From: Escherichia coli
Lineage (GTDB): Bacteria > Pseudomonadota > Gammaproteobacteria > Enterobacterales > Enterobacteriaceae
Length of the DNA stretch: 64,000 bases
Direction: 5' to 3' (one strand)
Assembly: GCF_009931435.1 (NCBI RefSeq)
Contig: NZ_CP043414.1
Under the pieces are notes generated by a model, which had not been told where the DNA came from, searched no databases, and saw only the letters and a program-made list of their open reading frames with translations. Below, piece by piece: positions 1-13,104 of this stretch (its first letter is position 1; the number at the start of each line of letters is the position of its first letter). The translations under genes and the position numbers were made by a program.

Positions 1-1750
1 GCCCCTCCTTGCGTTGCCATTGCGCGACATTGAGTAACGGCGACGCGGGTAGCACCACTTCACAGGCTTCGCCACGGTTGATAGCCACCAGCACACGCTG
101 CTGATTCAGCACGCGGACAAATACCACTACGTGATCTTCCGCATATACCACCTGGCAGCCACCACGACGCAGCGCATGGCTTTTCTTACGTAGCGCAATC
201 ATTCGCTGGTACAGCGCGAATAATGCCGTATCCTGTTTATCCACCTGCCAGGGGAACGGTTTACGGCAAAACGGATCGTTTTTGCCATCCATCCCCACTT
301 CATCACCGTAATAAATACACGGTATGCCAGGCCAGGTAAGAAGCCAGACCACCGCCAGCGGCAGACGCGCGACATCCCGACCGAGCAGCGTTTTAAATCG
401 CGCAGTATCGTGGCTGTCGAGCTGATTAAACATGCGCAATTGCTGTTGATGAGAAAGCCCTGCGCGGTAATTATCCATCCAGGCCATACAGGTTTGGGCG
501 TCAATTTGCTGCGGATCATAAGAGATATCGGTGTTGGCAAGAAATCCCCACAACGGGAATGTGAAGCCGCGATAGTTCATGGCGGCATCTTCCACATCGG
601 CCTGTAACCATTGCCGTGCATCGCCAAAATGTTCGCCGACTATATACGCTTCCGGTTGGGTTTCTTTCGCGGCTTCGGTGATCCCAGCGACGTGCTGTAA
701 ATTATTGCGCGCCCCACCCGCTTCTCCCAGCATATGCACCACATCCAGCCGCCAGCCGTCCATATTCCATGGTGCTTTCAGCCAATGGCGGACAATGCTG
801 TCTTCCCCGCGATAAATTTCATTCACCAGACTTTCCGATTGATAATCCAGCTTCGGCAGGCTGGCATAGCCCAGCCAGTCGAGCGCCGTGCCATCATCGC
901 TAAATGAGTACCAGTCACGCCAGGGCGATTCGGGGTTGTGACAAGCGCCACCTGTCCCACGATTATGTCGGTCAAACCAGGCATGGGAATCGCCACTGTG
1001 GTTAAACACGCCGTCCAGCACTAGCCGCATTCCCATCTGCTGTGTATTGTTTCGTAAACGCAGCAACGCCCCATCGCCGCCAAACTGCGGATCGACATGG
1101 CGATAATCCTCGGTATCGTATTTGTGTACGCTGGGAGCTTTAAACACCGGATTAAGATACAACGCCGTCACGCCAAGTTTTTTCAGATACGGCAGTTTTT
1201 CGCTGATACCATCCAGATCACCGCCATAGAACGTTGATCCGCCCGCCTGCGCCGTGACCGGCTCATCCCAGTCACGCAAGATGATCTCTTGTCCGGCTGC
1301 GTGATGGTAATAGATATGATCCTGTTCAGCTTCGCGAGGAAGACTACGGGCGAAACGATCAGGAAAGATCTGATAAAAAATCTGATCCGCAGCCCATTGT
1401 GGGCCGATATCCGGGACATCGACGGCAAACTGCTCCAGTCGTGCTGGCGGCATTCGGCTGAAGCCCTGCGGTGTAAACCAACGCTGGCGATCGTGCCACA
1501 ATAATTTGAAGCTATAGCGCCGCCGGGGTTGCCCAATGGAAATATCGATGGCCGCCCGCCATGCCGTGACACCAGGCTGGGGCTGACTGCGCTGCTTATG
1601 CATCGGTACTGACGTTTCTTCGTTATCGTTTTCTGTACGTAGCATAATCCGCTGAGGTGGGTCTTCGCCTGTCAGCCACAGTGTAATGAGTAGTTGATCT
1701 TTGCTTTGTTTAACAAATGGGGGCACCGGCAGGTGCCATGCATTTAACAT
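1..1750 (-). CDS. malZ: Maltodextrin glucosidase MalZ, 3' end cut by window edge (about 583 codons present)
   Basis: Reverse-complement translation from ATG at 1750 reads [21 protein letters not shown]... and runs in frame to position 2 (...[20 protein letters not shown]), matching recalled MalZ. Absent from the ORF track because the stop lies outside the window. Confidence 0.9.
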   Translation of the reverse strand, partial: MLNAWHLPVPPFVKQSKDQLLITLWLTGEDPPQRIMLRTENDNEETSVPMHKQRSQPQPGVTAWRAAIDISIGQPRRRYSFKLLWHDRQRWFTPQGFSRMPPARLEQFAVDVPDIGPQWAADQIFYQIFPDRFARSLPREAEQDHIYYHHAAGQEIILRDWDEPVTAQAGGSTFYGGDLDGISEKLPYLKKLGVTALYLNPVFKAPSVHKYDTEDYRHVDPQFGGDGALLRLRNNTQQMGMRLVLDGVFNHSGDSHAWFDRHNRGTGGACHNPESPWRDWYSFSDDGTALDWLGYASLPKLDYQSESLVNEIYRGEDSIVRHWLKAPWNMDGWRLDVVHMLGEAGGARNNLQHVAGITEAAKETQPEAYIVGEHFGDARQWLQADVEDAAMNYRGFTFPLWGFLANTDISYDPQQIDAQTCMAWMDNYRAGLSHQQQLRMFNQLDSHDTARFKTLLGRDVARLPLAVVWLLTWPGIPCIYYGDEVGMDGKNDPFCRKPFPWQVDKQDTALFALYQRMIALRKKSHALRRGGCQVVYAEDHVVVFVRVLNQQRVLVAINRGEACEVVLPASPLLNVAQWQRKEG

Positions 1751-1907
1751 CATAATTCCCCTGTGATGAAAATCTGATCACCTTGCCATAGCCTAATGCA
1801 GGATCACTCATCATCTGAAGGATATTTGGGGGAGGAGGACGGGGGCGGATAACTTTCGGAATAGCCGGATCAGGGCTTGCCTTGATCCGGCTTACAGAAC
1901 GCAGTGA

Positions 1908-3281
1908 TTAGTGATTTTCAGCCAGCTGACGATCGTGGCGGCGTTTAAACATCCAGCCAATCAACAGCAGAACAATCCACGCGAAACCAACGTACAGCGA
2001 GATACGTGTGTCCGGATGATAACCAATCAATCCGATAATAAAGAGCAGGAAAATCAAACCGCCGATGGTCGTTGCTACCCCACCTGGTACTTTAAATTTC
2101 AGTGCCTTCACTTCTTCTGGCGGCAAACGGCGACGGAAAGCAATTTGCGACAGCAGGATCATAATCCATACCCACACCGTGGCGAAGGTTGCCAGCGAAG
2201 CGATCACCAGGAAGACATTTTCCGGCATGATGTAGTTCAGATATACCGCAAACAATAGCGCGGTAGTCATCACCAGCACCGTGACCCACGGAATACCGCG
2301 ACGCGAGGTTTTGCTGAAAATTTTCGGCGCGCTACCCTGCTCTGCCATGCCGTGAAGCATACGACCTACGCCAAATACGTCACTGTTAATTGCTGACAGC
2401 GAAGCGGTCAGCACAACAAAGTTAAGAATGCTGGCGGCAAAGGTAATGCCCATATGCTGGAACGTCAGCACGAACGGGCTACCGGCAGTGCCAACCTGAT
2501 TCCACGGATAGATAGACATAATGACGAACAGCGTACCGACGTAGAACACCAGAATACGCATCGGCACGGAGTTAATCGCACGCGGAATCGATTTTTCCGG
2601 ATCTTTCGCTTCCCCGGCGGTAATACCGATAATTTCGATCCCGCCGTAAGCAAACATTACCATTTGCAGCGACATCACCATGCCAAGCCAGCCGTTGCTG
2701 AAGAAGCCGCCGTTGCTCCAAAGATTATGGATACCGGTCGGTTGCCCGCCGTTGCCAATCCCCCAGATGATGATGCCGAAACCGGCGACAATCATGATAA
2801 TGATGGTGGCGACTTTAAAGAACGAAAACCAGAACTCAAGCTCACCAAATACTTTCACGCTCATCAGGTTTACGGCGCAAATGATCAGCACCACGCTCAG
2901 TACCCAAATCCAGTGCGGCACCGTCGGGAACCAGACGCCCATATAGATACCGAAAGCGGTCACATCGGCGATGGCGACAATAAGGATTTCAAAGCAGTAG
3001 GTCCAGCCAGTGATATAACCTGCCAGTGGACCGAGGTTTTCCTGCGCATAGCGCGAGAAAGAGCTGGCTGCCGGGTTATGTACCGACATTTCCCCCAGCG
3101 CACGCATAATGATATACGCCGCGATACCACCGATAATATAGGCCAACAACACGCTCGGACCGGCCATTTTGATGGCGTCTGCCGAACCGTAAAACAACCC
3201 GGTGCCAATTGCTGAACCCAGTGCCATAAAGCGTATGTGTCGGGTACTTAGCCCACGCTTTAGCTTGTTCTTACTTTCCAT
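1908..3281 (-). CDS. proY: Proline-specific permease ProY (APC family)
   Basis: Track ORF 1908..3284 ([27 protein letters not shown]...); the first M is a TTG, the ATG at 3281 gives the 457-aa MESKNK... form. Position downstream of brnQ as in E. coli. Confidence 0.9.
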   Translation of the reverse strand: MESKNKLKRGLSTRHIRFMALGSAIGTGLFYGSADAIKMAGPSVLLAYIIGGIAAYIIMRALGEMSVHNPAASSFSRYAQENLGPLAGYITGWTYCFEILIVAIADVTAFGIYMGVWFPTVPHWIWVLSVVLIICAVNLMSVKVFGELEFWFSFFKVATIIIMIVAGFGIIIWGIGNGGQPTGIHNLWSNGGFFSNGWLGMVMSLQMVMFAYGGIEIIGITAGEAKDPEKSIPRAINSVPMRILVFYVGTLFVIMSIYPWNQVGTAGSPFVLTFQHMGITFAASILNFVVLTASLSAINSDVFGVGRMLHGMAEQGSAPKIFSKTSRRGIPWVTVLVMTTALLFAVYLNYIMPENVFLVIASLATFATVWVWIMILLSQIAFRRRLPPEEVKALKFKVPGGVATTIGGLIFLLFIIGLIGYHPDTRISLYVGFAWIVLLLIGWMFKRRHDRQLAENH

Positions 3282-3356
3282 CAATTCCTAACCCATCAAC
3301 ACAATAAAAAACCACGGGGCATCGCAGCCCCGTGGTTAAAACAAATATTCAGTGAT

Positions 3357-4676
3357 TTAGTGAGCGCTGGAGGTCACCTGACGACCTGCCGCGCGATCCC
3401 AAATAATGGCCAGAACCACCATCACCACTGTTGGCATTAACCACGCAAGACCTTGTTCGGCCAGCGGTAAACGCTGCGCCCAGGACGGTAAGATATCGCT
3501 GAATGCAGATGCTTTGATCCCGTCGAGAATACCAAAAAGCAGGCTGATAAACATCGGCGGAGCAATCACGCGGGACGAATTATGCCACCATGAGCGTGTA
3601 AAACTTAATACAACCAGTGCGATACACGGCGGATAAATAGCGGTCAGCACCGGTACGGAGATCTGAATCAGCTGGCTCAAGCCGAGGTTAGACACCACCA
3701 TCGAGAAGCCGCCGAGGATAAACACCAGCGTACGATAGGAGAGCGGTACGTACTGAGCAAAGAATTCTGCACAAGCACAGGTCAGGCCAACCGCCGTGAC
3801 CAGGCAGGCGATAAAGATTAACGCCGCCAGCAGGAAGCTACCGCCGCCGCCAAAGGTGTGCTGAACGTAGGCATGCAGAATAGCCGCACCGTTTGCAGAC
3901 TGATCGACCAGCGACGCGCTGTCTGAACCCAGACGGAACAGCGCCAGGTACAGCAGAGTCAGACCGACACCCGCCATCAGGCCAGCCCAGACAGTATAAC
4001 GGGTCAGCAGACGCGCTTCGGTAACGCCGCGAGAACGCGCCGCATTAACAATAACGATACCAAACACCATCGCGCCCAGCGTATCCATGGTCAGATAGCC
4101 ATTAACGAAGCCGTTAGAAAACGCGGCGTTTTGATAAGCCTCAGTCGCCGTGCTGATAGAGCCCGCTGGCCAGACAATTGCCGCAACAGACAGGATGACC
4201 AGCGCGATAATTTTCAGCGGTGCCAGGAAGTTACCGACGGTATCCAGCAGTTTGCCCGGATAGAGCGAAACCAGAATAACGATAGCGAAATAGACCAGGC
4301 TGTAGATAAACAGCGGCAGCGCGGAGTCACCCGTCAGGGGCGCAATGCCCACTTCAAAGGAGACGGTGGCTGTACGCGGCGTGGCGAACAACGGCCCTAC
4401 AGCCAGGTAGCAAACCGTTGCCAGCAGTACGCCAGCGACTTTACCAATTGGCGTGCTGAGGCTGTCAACACCGCCGCCAACTTTCGCCAGCGCCACCACC
4501 GTTAATACCGGCAGGCCAACGGCAGTAATGAGGAAGCCGAATGCCGCAGTCCAGACGTGTTCGCCTGCCTGCAAGCCGACCATTGGAGGGAAAATGATGT
4601 TACCTGCGCCGACGAACAACGCAAATGTCATAAAGCCCAGAGCGATGATATCGCGCGATCTTAATTGATGGGTCAT
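3357..4676 (-). CDS. brnQ: Branched-chain amino acid transport carrier BrnQ
   Basis: 439-aa polytopic membrane protein [31 protein letters not shown]...; synteny phoR-brnQ-proY. Confidence 0.93.
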   Translation of the reverse strand: MTHQLRSRDIIALGFMTFALFVGAGNIIFPPMVGLQAGEHVWTAAFGFLITAVGLPVLTVVALAKVGGGVDSLSTPIGKVAGVLLATVCYLAVGPLFATPRTATVSFEVGIAPLTGDSALPLFIYSLVYFAIVILVSLYPGKLLDTVGNFLAPLKIIALVILSVAAIVWPAGSISTATEAYQNAAFSNGFVNGYLTMDTLGAMVFGIVIVNAARSRGVTEARLLTRYTVWAGLMAGVGLTLLYLALFRLGSDSASLVDQSANGAAILHAYVQHTFGGGGSFLLAALIFIACLVTAVGLTCACAEFFAQYVPLSYRTLVFILGGFSMVVSNLGLSQLIQISVPVLTAIYPPCIALVVLSFTRSWWHNSSRVIAPPMFISLLFGILDGIKASAFSDILPSWAQRLPLAEQGLAWLMPTVVMVVLAIIWDRAAGRQVTSSAH

Positions 4677-5024
4677 AAATCATACTGCCTGTGGATGTGG
4701 TGTTGTAACGTTAAATTTTTGTGCCAATCCCTGGGGATGATACAGCGGTATATTTAAACAATTTTAGCGGGAAATACTCCCAACCAGGCGCGGCGAAGAA
4801 TAGTTTTTCGATTTACCGCGTGAATGCAGTCAGTATGACAGCACCTGAAGCGCAATTTAAACGCTTATAACGTTTTAAAGCAAGAAGGGATCTAAAAACC
4901 AGAGGTATATAGCGATAAGAAATCACCAACCAGTATAAAACACTATTTCCGTGAAAAAGACATGGCTAATCATGCGAACAAAAAATCACCAACCGTTGTA
5001 AAATCTAACGCCCGTATTTTGACT

Positions 5025-5056
5025 GCAAAGAAAATAAGCCAGCATCAGCTGGCTTA
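5025..5056 (-). terminator. Rho-independent terminator downstream of phoR
   Basis: On the minus strand: hairpin AAGCCAGCTGATGCTGGCTT followed by ATTTTCTTTGC, located just 3' of the phoR stop. Confidence 0.65.
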
Positions 5057-5082
5057 TGGCAATAAAAGATGACAAAGGCGGA

Positions 5083-6378
5083 TTATTCGCTGTTTTTGGC
5101 AATTAAACGTTCCGGGATAACAAAACTGAAACGCGTACCTTTTCCCACCGCACTCTCAATATGCAGGCGACTTTCGTGATGATTCACCGCATGTTTCACG
5201 ATCGCTAACCCTAATCCGCTACCGCCAGTTTGTCGGGAACGTGCTTTATCAACGCGATAAAAACGCTCGGTCAGGCGCGGAATATGCTCCGGTGCGATGC
5301 CCGGTCCATTATCTTCAACGCTAAATTCGGCACCGTGCGGCACTCGCTGCCAGCGTACGGTGATATGCGTACCTTCCGGCGTATGATTCACGGCGTTATA
5401 AACCAGGTTCGAAATCGCGCTGCGAAGTTGGTCTTCGTTGCCAGACACCTTGAGGTCGTTATCTATTTCAAAGGTAAATGTCTGTTTCTGCTGGCTCAGA
5501 GTCTGGGCCTCACGCTCAACGACCCGCAGCATCATCGGCACATCAACCTTTTCATTAAGCAACTGCGTTGGCGCGGCTTCTATTTTTGACAGCGTCAGTA
5601 ACTGCTTCACCAGCCCTTCCATCCGCTGGGTCTGCTCGCGCATGGTGTGCAACGCTTTTTCACGTACCGCACCTTGCAGTGGTTGCTCATCCATCATCTC
5701 CAGGTAACCCTGTAACACTGTCAATGGCGTACGCAACTCATGGCTCACGTTGGCAAAAAAGTTACGCCGCGCCCCTTCCAGTTGATGCATTTGCGTGACA
5801 TCACGCGCCACCATCAGCAACTGTTTGTGGGTATAAGGCATGACGCGAATTTCCAGATGCCGCCCGGTATTGAGCACCAGATTGAGCGGGCGAGAAAAAT
5901 CACGCGTTTTCAGATATTGCGTAAACTCCGGATAACGAAGCAGATTAAGGATGTTCTGCCCGTTATCTTCCGGCCAGCGCAAACCAAGAATTTGTTGCGC
6001 CAGACCATTACACCAGAAAATACCGCCCTCTTCCGTGGTCAGCACCACCGCATCAGGCAGCGACTCCGCGCCGCTACGAAAGCGTTTAATCAGATTGCCC
6101 AGTTCGCGGCGACGTTTTTTATTACGCAGCTGCATCTGGTGTAAGCCGTATAGCAGCGGTTCCCAGCTACCACGCCCCGGAGGCGGGGTCATACTGCGAT
6201 CCACCCACAGCCACCATGAAAGGCGCAACAAATTCCAAAAATGCCAGATAAGCAGTCCTGTTACCGATGCCAGCAAAAACCAAGGCAGGTAACCAAAAAA
6301 TGCACCCAGGATGAAAGCCGGGAGGCAGCAAAGTAGCAGCTCCAGCACCAGCCTTTTCCACGACAGCCGTTCCAGCAC
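5083..6378 (-). CDS. phoR: Phosphate regulon sensor histidine kinase PhoR
   Basis: 431 aa, [18 protein letters not shown]...; H-box [11 protein letters not shown] and ATP-binding GLGLAIVK motifs; directly downstream of phoB. Confidence 0.95.
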   Translation of the reverse strand: MLERLSWKRLVLELLLCCLPAFILGAFFGYLPWFLLASVTGLLIWHFWNLLRLSWWLWVDRSMTPPPGRGSWEPLLYGLHQMQLRNKKRRRELGNLIKRFRSGAESLPDAVVLTTEEGGIFWCNGLAQQILGLRWPEDNGQNILNLLRYPEFTQYLKTRDFSRPLNLVLNTGRHLEIRVMPYTHKQLLMVARDVTQMHQLEGARRNFFANVSHELRTPLTVLQGYLEMMDEQPLQGAVREKALHTMREQTQRMEGLVKQLLTLSKIEAAPTQLLNEKVDVPMMLRVVEREAQTLSQQKQTFTFEIDNDLKVSGNEDQLRSAISNLVYNAVNHTPEGTHITVRWQRVPHGAEFSVEDNGPGIAPEHIPRLTERFYRVDKARSRQTGGSGLGLAIVKHAVNHHESRLHIESAVGKGTRFSFVIPERLIAKNSE

Positions 6379-6435
6379 GTAAGATACTCCAGTTAAGAAA
6401 TCATAAGCCCTGCTCTGCGTCCGATGAGCAAGGCG

Positions 6436-7125
6436 TTAAAAGCGGGTTGAAAAACGATATCCTGTACCGCGTACGGTCTGCACCATGCGGTCATGTCCGC
6501 CGGGCTCCAGTGCCTTACGCAGGCGACGAATGTGAACATCGACCGTGCGGTCTTCCACATATACGTTGGTTCCCCAGACGTGGTTTAACAGCTGCTCGCG
6601 GCTGTACACGCGCTCGGGATGCGTCATAAAAAAGTGCAGCAGTTTAAATTCTGTCGGCCCCATCTCCAGCGGTTCTTCGCCCGCCATCACCCGGTGAGAT
6701 GTCGGGTCGAGACTGAGCCCCTGCATCTCGATCACCTCTTCCACCGCCATTGGCGAAATACGGCGCATTACCGCTTTGATTCGCGCCACCAGTTCCTTCG
6801 GCGAAAACGGCTTGGTGATATAGTCATCCGCACCGGTTTCAAGGCCGCGCACGCGATCTTCTTCTTCCCCTCTGGCGGTCAGCATCACCACTGGAATATC
6901 TCGGGTCATCGATTCGCGCTTGAGGTGTTTGATGAACTGGATACCGGAGCCGCCAGGTAACATCCAGTCAAGGAGAATTAAATCCGGCCAGGGTTCATTC
7001 AGTTGATTCACAGCACTGTCATAATCTTCCGCTTCGACCGGCTGAAAGCCATTTTGTTCGAGCACGAAGCAGACCATTTCGCGAATTGGAGCTTCATCTT
7101 CTACGACCAGAATACGTCTCGCCAT
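6436..7125 (-). CDS. phoB: Phosphate regulon response regulator PhoB (OmpR family)
   Basis: 229 aa, [18 protein letters not shown]...; receiver domain plus winged-helix C-terminus; Pho box in its own promoter. Confidence 0.95.
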
Positions 7126-7178
7126 GATTTGCCCTGTTGTAATAAATAGGTTGCGATCATTAATGCGACGTCATTATG

Positions 7179-7206
7179 CGTCAGATTTATGACAGATTTA
7201 TGAAAA
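7179..7206 (-). promoter_or_regulatory. Pho box (PhoB binding site) in phoB promoter
   Basis: Reverse complement reads CTTTTCATAAATCTGTCATAAATCTGACG, containing tandem CTGTCAT 7-mers at 11-bp phasing, about 30-60 bp upstream of the phoB start. Confidence 0.8.
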
Positions 7207-7314
7207 GCACGTCGCACATATCTTCAGGTAGTTGATTTCCGTGGCGCAGAAAAAAGCAAATGGCACATCTGTTTGGGTATAATCGCGCCCATGCTTTTTC
7301 GCCAGGGAATCGTT

Positions 7315-8517
7315 ATGCGCATCCTTCACACCTCAGACTGGCATCTCGGCCAGAACTTCTACAGTAAAAGCCGCGAAGCTGAACACCAGGCCTTTCTTGA
7401 CTGGCTGCTGGAAACAGCGCAAACCCATCAGGTGGATGCGATTATTGTTGCCGGTGATGTTTTCGATACCGGATCACCACCCAGTTACGCCCGCACGTTA
7501 TACAACCGTTTTGTTGTCAATTTACAGCAAACGGGCTGTCATCTGGTGGTACTGGCAGGAAACCATGACTCGGTCGCCACGCTGAATGAATCGCGCGATA
7601 TCATGGCGTTCCTCAATACTACCGTGGTCGCCAGCGCCGGACATGCGCCACAAATCTTGCCTCGTCGCGACGGGACGCCAGGCGCAGTGCTGTGCCCCAT
7701 TCCTTTTTTACGCCCGCGTGACATTATTACCAGCCAGGCGGGGCTTAACGGTATTGAAAAACAACAACATTTGCTGGCGGCTATTACCGATTATTACCAA
7801 CAACATTATGCCGATGCCTGCAAACTGCGCGGCGATCAGCCTCTGCCCATCATCGCCACGGGGCATTTAACGACCGTTGGTGCCAGCAAAAGTGACGCCG
7901 TGCGTGACATTTATATTGGCACGCTGGACGCCTTCCCGGCACAAAACTTTCCGCCAGTCGACTACATCGCGCTCGGGCATATTCACCGCGCACAGATTAT
8001 TGGCGGCATGGAACATGTTCGCTATTGCGGTTCCCCCATTCCACTGAGTTTTGATGAATGCGGAAAAAGTAAATATGTCCATCTGGTGACATTTTCAAAC
8101 GGCAAATTAGAGAGCGTGGAAAACCTGAGCGTGCCGATAACGCAACCAATGGCGGTACTGAAAGGCGATCTGGCGTCGATTACCGAACAGCTGGAACAGT
8201 GGCGCGATGTATCACAGGAACCACCTGTCTGGCTGGATATCGAAATCACTACTGATGAGTATCTGCATGATATTCAGCGCAAAATCCAGGCATTAACTGA
8301 ATCACTGCCTGTCGAAGTATTGCTGGTACGCCGCAGCCGTGAACAGCGCGAGCGTGTGTTAGCCAGCCAACAGCGTGAAACCCTCAGCGAACTCAGCGTC
8401 GAAGAGGTGTTTAATCGTCGTCTCGCACTGGAAGAACTGGATGAATCACAGCAGCAACGTCTGCAACATCTTTTCACCACGACGCTGCAGACCCTCGCCG
8501 GAGAACACGAAGCATGA
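7315..8517 (+). CDS. sbcD: SbcCD nuclease subunit SbcD (Mre11-like phosphoesterase)
   Basis: ATG at 7315 gives [27 protein letters not shown]..., the calcineurin-like phosphoesterase motifs; stop overlaps the sbcC start (ATGA at 8514-8517). Confidence 0.93.
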   Translation: MRILHTSDWHLGQNFYSKSREAEHQAFLDWLLETAQTHQVDAIIVAGDVFDTGSPPSYARTLYNRFVVNLQQTGCHLVVLAGNHDSVATLNESRDIMAFLNTTVVASAGHAPQILPRRDGTPGAVLCPIPFLRPRDIITSQAGLNGIEKQQHLLAAITDYYQQHYADACKLRGDQPLPIIATGHLTTVGASKSDAVRDIYIGTLDAFPAQNFPPVDYIALGHIHRAQIIGGMEHVRYCGSPIPLSFDECGKSKYVHLVTFSNGKLESVENLSVPITQPMAVLKGDLASITEQLEQWRDVSQEPPVWLDIEITTDEYLHDIQRKIQALTESLPVEVLLVRRSREQRERVLASQQRETLSELSVEEVFNRRLALEELDESQQQRLQHLFTTTLQTLAGEHEA

Positions 8518-11500
8518 AAATTCTCAGCCTGCGCCTGAAAAACCTGAACTCGTTAAAAGGCGAATGGAAGATTGATTTCACCCGCGAGCCGTTCGCCAGC
8601 AATGGGCTGTTTGCGATTACCGGCCCAACCGGCGCGGGGAAAACCACCCTGCTGGATGCCATTTGCCTGGCGCTGTATCACGAAACTCCGCGCCTTTCTA
8701 ACGTTTCACAATCGCAAAATGATCTAATGACCCGCGATACCGCCGAATGTCTGGCGGAAGTGGAGTTTGAAGTCAAAGGTGAAGCGTACCGTGCCTTCTG
8801 GAGCCAGAATCGGGCGCGTAACCAGCCAGACGGTAATTTGCAGGTGCCGCGCGTAGAGCTGGCGCGCTGTACCGATGGCAAAATTCTCGCTGACAAAGTG
8901 AAAGATAAGCTGGAACTGACGGCGACGTTAACCGGACTGGATTATGGGCGTTTCACCCGTTCGATGCTGCTTTCGCAGGGGCAATTTGCTGCCTTCCTGA
9001 ATGCCAAACCAAAAGAACGCGCGGAATTGCTCGAGGAATTAACCGGCACCGAAATCTACGGGCAAATCTCTGCGATGGTCTTTGAGCAGCACAAATCGGC
9101 CCGCACTGAGCTGGAGAAACTGCAAGCGCAGGCCAGCGGCGTTGCGTTATTAGCGCCAGAACAGCTGCAATCGCTGACAGAAAGTTTGCAGGTACTCACT
9201 GTCGAAGAGAAACAGTTACTCGCCGCGCAGCAGCAAGAACAACAATCGCTAAACTGGTTAACGCGTCTGGACGAATTGCAGCAAGAAGCCAGCCGACGTC
9301 AGCAGGCATTGCAACAGGCGTTAGCCGAAGAAGAAAAAGCGCAACCTCAACTGGCGGCGCTCAGCCTGGCACAACCGGCGCGAAATCTTCGTCCGCACTG
9401 GGAACGCATCGCAGAACACACTGCGGCACTGGCGCATACTCGCCAGCAGATTGAAGAAGTAAATACTCGCTTACAGCGCACAATGGCGCTTCGTGCGAGC
9501 ATTCGCCACCACGCGGCGAAGCAGTCTGCAGAATTACAGCAGCAGCAACAAAGCCTGAATGCCTGGTTACAGGAACACGACCGCTTCCGTCAGTGGAACA
9601 ACGAACTGGCGGGTTGGCGTGCGCAATTCTCTCAACAAACCAGCGAACGCGAGCATCTGCGGCAGTGGCAGCAACAGTTAACCCATGCAGAGCAAAAACT
9701 TAATTCACTTCCGGCGATCTCGTTGACGTTAAGCGCCGATGAAGTTGCTAGCGCCCAGGCGCAACATGCTGAGCAACGCACGCTGCGTCAGCGCCTGGTC
9801 GCGCTGCATGGACAGATTGTTCCCCAACAAAAACGCCTGGCGCAATTACAGATCGCTATCCAGAATGTCACGCAAGAACAGACGCAACGTAACGCCGCAC
9901 TTAACGAAATGCGCCAGCGTTATAAAGAAAAAACGCAACAACTTGCCGATGTGAAAACCATTTGCGAGCAGGAAGCTCGTATCAAAACGCTGGAAGTTCA
10001 ACGTGCGCAGTTACAGGCGGGTCAGCCTTGCCCACTTTGTGGTTCCACCAGCCACCCGGCGGTCGAGGCGTATCAGGCGCTGGAACCGGGCGTTAATCAG
10101 GCCCGGCTATTAACGCTGGAAAACGAAGTGAAAAAGCTCGGTGAAGAAGGTGCGCCGCTACGTGGGCAACTGGACGCCTTAACGAAGCAGCTTCAGCGTG
10201 ATGAAAACGAAGCGCAAAGCCTCCGACAAGATGAGCAAGCACTTACTCAACAATGGCAAGCTGTCACGGCCAGCCTCAATATCACCTTGCAGCCACAGGA
10301 CGATATTCAACCGTGGCTGGATGCACAAGATGAGCACGAGCGCCAGCTGCGGATACTCAGCCAACGGCATGAATTACAAGGGCAGATTGCTGCGCATAAT
10401 CAACAAATTATCCAGTATCAACAGCAAATTGAACAACGCCAGCAGCAACTCTCTGCGGCATTAGCGAGTTACGCGCTGGCATTGCCACAGGAAAATGAAG
10501 AAGAGAGCTGGTTAGCGACACGTCAGCAAGAAGCGCAGAGCTGGCAACTGCGTCAGAACGAATTAACTACGCTGCAAAACCGTATTCAGCAACTGACGCC
10601 GATTCTGGATACGTTACCGCAAGGTGATGAGTTATCGCACAGCGAAGAAACAGTGGCAATGGAAAACTGGCGGCAAATTCATGAACAATGTCTCGCGTTA
10701 CAAAGCCAGCAGCAGACGTTACAGCAACAGGATGTTCTGGCGGCGCAAAGTCTGCAAAAAGCCCAGGCGCAGTTTGACACCGCGCTACAGGCCAGTGTCT
10801 TTGACGATCAACAGGCGTTCCTTGCGGCGCTAATGGATGAACAAACACTAACCCAACTGGAACAGCTCAAGCAGAATCTGGAAAACCAGCGCCGTCAGGC
10901 GCAAACGCTGGTCACTCAGACAGCTGAAACGCTGGCACAGCATCAGCAACACCGACCTGACGGCCTGGATCTCAGTGTGACGGTGGAGCAGATTCAGCAA
11001 GAGTTAGCGCAAACTCACCAAAAGTTGCGTGAAAACACCACGAGTCAGGGCGAGATTCGTCAACAGCTGAAACAGGATGCGGAAAACCGTCAGCAACAAC
11101 AAACCTTAATGCAGCAAATTGCTCAAATGACGCAGCAGGTTGAGGACTGGGGATATCTTAATTCGCTAATAGGTTCCAAAGAGGGCGATAAATTCCGCAA
11201 GTTTGCCCAGGGGCTGACGCTGGATAATTTAGTCCATCTCGCTAATCAGCAACTTACCCGGTTACACGGGCGCTATCTGTTACAGCGCAAAGCCAGCGAG
11301 GCGCTGGAAGTCGAGGTTGTTGATACCTGGCAGGCAGATGCGGTACGCGATACCCGTACCCTTTCCGGTGGCGAGAGTTTCCTCGTCAGTCTGGCGCTGG
11401 CGCTGGCGCTTTCGGATCTGGTCAGCCATAAAACGCGTATTGACTCGCTGTTCCTTGATGAAGGTTTTGGCACGCTGGATAGCGAAACGCTGGATACCGC

Positions 11501-11657
11501 CCTTGATGCCCTGGATGCCCTGAACGCCAGCGGCAAAACCATCGGTGTGATTAGCCACGTTGAAGCGATGAAAGAGCGTATTCCGGTGCAGATCAAAGTG
11601 AAAAAGATCAACGGACTGGGATACAGCAAACTGGAAAGTGCGTTTGCAGTGAAATAA
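8514..11657 (+). CDS. sbcC: SbcCD nuclease ATPase subunit SbcC (Rad50-like SMC)
   Basis: 1047 aa; N-terminal Walker [10 protein letters not shown], long Q-rich coiled coil, CPLCG zinc hook, C-terminal signature/Walker B ([16 protein letters not shown]...[11 protein letters not shown]). Confidence 0.95.
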   Translation: MKILSLRLKNLNSLKGEWKIDFTREPFASNGLFAITGPTGAGKTTLLDAICLALYHETPRLSNVSQSQNDLMTRDTAECLAEVEFEVKGEAYRAFWSQNRARNQPDGNLQVPRVELARCTDGKILADKVKDKLELTATLTGLDYGRFTRSMLLSQGQFAAFLNAKPKERAELLEELTGTEIYGQISAMVFEQHKSARTELEKLQAQASGVALLAPEQLQSLTESLQVLTVEEKQLLAAQQQEQQSLNWLTRLDELQQEASRRQQALQQALAEEEKAQPQLAALSLAQPARNLRPHWERIAEHTAALAHTRQQIEEVNTRLQRTMALRASIRHHAAKQSAELQQQQQSLNAWLQEHDRFRQWNNELAGWRAQFSQQTSEREHLRQWQQQLTHAEQKLNSLPAISLTLSADEVASAQAQHAEQRTLRQRLVALHGQIVPQQKRLAQLQIAIQNVTQEQTQRNAALNEMRQRYKEKTQQLADVKTICEQEARIKTLEVQRAQLQAGQPCPLCGSTSHPAVEAYQALEPGVNQARLLTLENEVKKLGEEGAPLRGQLDALTKQLQRDENEAQSLRQDEQALTQQWQAVTASLNITLQPQDDIQPWLDAQDEHERQLRILSQRHELQGQIAAHNQQIIQYQQQIEQRQQQLSAALASYALALPQENEEESWLATRQQEAQSWQLRQNELTTLQNRIQQLTPILDTLPQGDELSHSEETVAMENWRQIHEQCLALQSQQQTLQQQDVLAAQSLQKAQAQFDTALQASVFDDQQAFLAALMDEQTLTQLEQLKQNLENQRRQAQTLVTQTAETLAQHQQHRPDGLDLSVTVEQIQQELAQTHQKLRENTTSQGEIRQQLKQDAENRQQQQTLMQQIAQMTQQVEDWGYLNSLIGSKEGDKFRKFAQGLTLDNLVHLANQQLTRLHGRYLLQRKASEALEVEVVDTWQADAVRDTRTLSGGESFLVSLALALALSDLVSHKTRIDSLFLDEGFGTLDSETLDTALDALDALNASGKTIGVISHVEAMKERIPVQIKVKKINGLGYSKLESAFAVK

Positions 11658-11782
11658 CTATTCAGCAGGATAATGAATACAGAGGGGCGAATTATCTCTT
11701 GGCCTCACTGGTCGTTATCCTGCAAGCTATCACTTTATTGGCTACGGTGATTGGTAGCCGTTCTGGTGGTTGTGATGGTGGT

Positions 11783-12967
11783 ATGAAAAAAGTTATTTTA
11801 TCTTTGGCTCTGGGCACGTTTGGTTTGGGAATGGCCGAATTTGGCATTATGGGCGTGCTTACGGAGCTGGCACATAACGTAGGTATTTCGATTCCTGCCG
11901 CCGGACATATGATCTCGTATTATGCGCTGGGGGTGGTGGTCGGTGCACCAATCATCGCACTCTTTTCCAGCCGCTACTCGCTCAAACATATCTTGTTGTT
12001 TCTGGTGGCGTTGTGCGTCATTGGCAACGCCATGTTCACGCTCTCTTCGTCTTACCTGATGCTCGCCATTGGTCGGCTGGTTTCCGGCTTTCCGCATGGC
12101 GCTTTTTTTGGCGTCGGGGCGATTGTGTTATCGAAAATTATCAAACCCGGCAAAGTCACCGCCGCCGTGGCGGGGATGGTTTCGGGGATGACAGTTGCCA
12201 ATTTGCTGGGCATTCCGCTGGGGACGTATTTAAGTCAGGAGTTTAGCTGGCGTTACACCTTTTTATTGATCTCTGTGTTTAATATCGCGGTGATGGCATC
12301 GGTCTATTTTTGGGTGCCGGATATTCGCGACGAGGCGAAAGGAAAGCTGCGCGAACAATTTCACTTTTTGCGCAGCCCGGCCCCGTGGTTAATTTTCGCT
12401 GCCACGATGTTTGGCAACGCGGGTGTATTTGCCTGGTTCAGCTACGTAAAGCCATACATGATGTTTATTTCCGGTTTTTCGGAAACGGCGATGACCTTTA
12501 TTATGATGTTAGTTGGGCTGGGGATGGTGTTGGGGAATGTGCTAAGTGGCCGGATTTCAGGACGTTATTCACCACTACGCATTGCGGCAGTGACTGATTT
12601 CATTATTGTGCTGGCATTGCTGATGCTCTTTTTCTTCGGCGGCATGAAAACAACGTCGCTTATTTTTGCTTTTATTTGTTGCGCGGGATTATTTGCCCTC
12701 TCTGCACCGCTGCAAATATTGTTACTGCAAAATGCCAAAGGTGGAGAATTATTAGGTGCCGCAGGTGGGCAAATAGCGTTTAACCTCGGTAGCGCCGTCG
12801 GCGCATATTGCGGAGGTATGATGCTGACGCTGGGGCTGACTTATAATTACGTGGCGCTGCCTGCCGCCCTGCTTTCGTTTGCTGCGATGTCGTCGTTGCT
12901 GCTGTATGGTCGCTATAAGCGCCAGCAAGCGGCGGATAGTCCGGTGCTGGCGAAACCAGTGGGGTAG
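11783..12967 (+). CDS. araJ: MFS transporter AraJ
   Basis: Track ORF 11699..12967; the internal ATG at 11783 gives MKKVILSLALGTFGLGMAEFGIMGVL..., a 12-TM MFS protein; position downstream of sbcC. Confidence 0.85.
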   Translation: MKKVILSLALGTFGLGMAEFGIMGVLTELAHNVGISIPAAGHMISYYALGVVVGAPIIALFSSRYSLKHILLFLVALCVIGNAMFTLSSSYLMLAIGRLVSGFPHGAFFGVGAIVLSKIIKPGKVTAAVAGMVSGMTVANLLGIPLGTYLSQEFSWRYTFLLISVFNIAVMASVYFWVPDIRDEAKGKLREQFHFLRSPAPWLIFAATMFGNAGVFAWFSYVKPYMMFISGFSETAMTFIMMLVGLGMVLGNVLSGRISGRYSPLRIAAVTDFIIVLALLMLFFFGGMKTTSLIFAFICCAGLFALSAPLQILLLQNAKGGELLGAAGGQIAFNLGSAVGAYCGGMMLTLGLTYNYVALPAALLSFAAMSSLLLYGRYKRQQAADSPVLAKPVG

Positions 12968-12984
12968 ATTGCAGCCACGGTGCA

Positions 12985-13095
12985 CGTTGCTTATTGCCGG
13001 ATGCGGCGTGAACACCTTATCCGGCCTACGGCTGCTCATTTTGTAGGCCTGATAAGACGCGGCAAGCGTCGCATCAGGCATGATGCACCAATTGC
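12985..13095. repeat. REP/BIME palindromic elements
   Basis: GCCGGATGCGGCGTGAACACCTTATCCGGCCTAC and GCCTGATAAGACGCGGCAAGCGTCGCATCAGGC type imperfect palindromes between araJ and mak. Confidence 0.8.
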
Positions 13096-13104
13096 CTGGT
13101 TTTT

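Noticed and set aside
1183-1572. 129-aa minus-strand ORF inside the malZ region
   Set aside because: Arg-rich out-of-frame ORF within malZ; the real malZ frame is continuous from 1750 to the window edge.
2454-3215. 253-aa + strand ORF
   Set aside because: Lies entirely antisense within proY; His/Arg-rich low-complexity translation typical of a shadow ORF on the opposite strand of a real gene.
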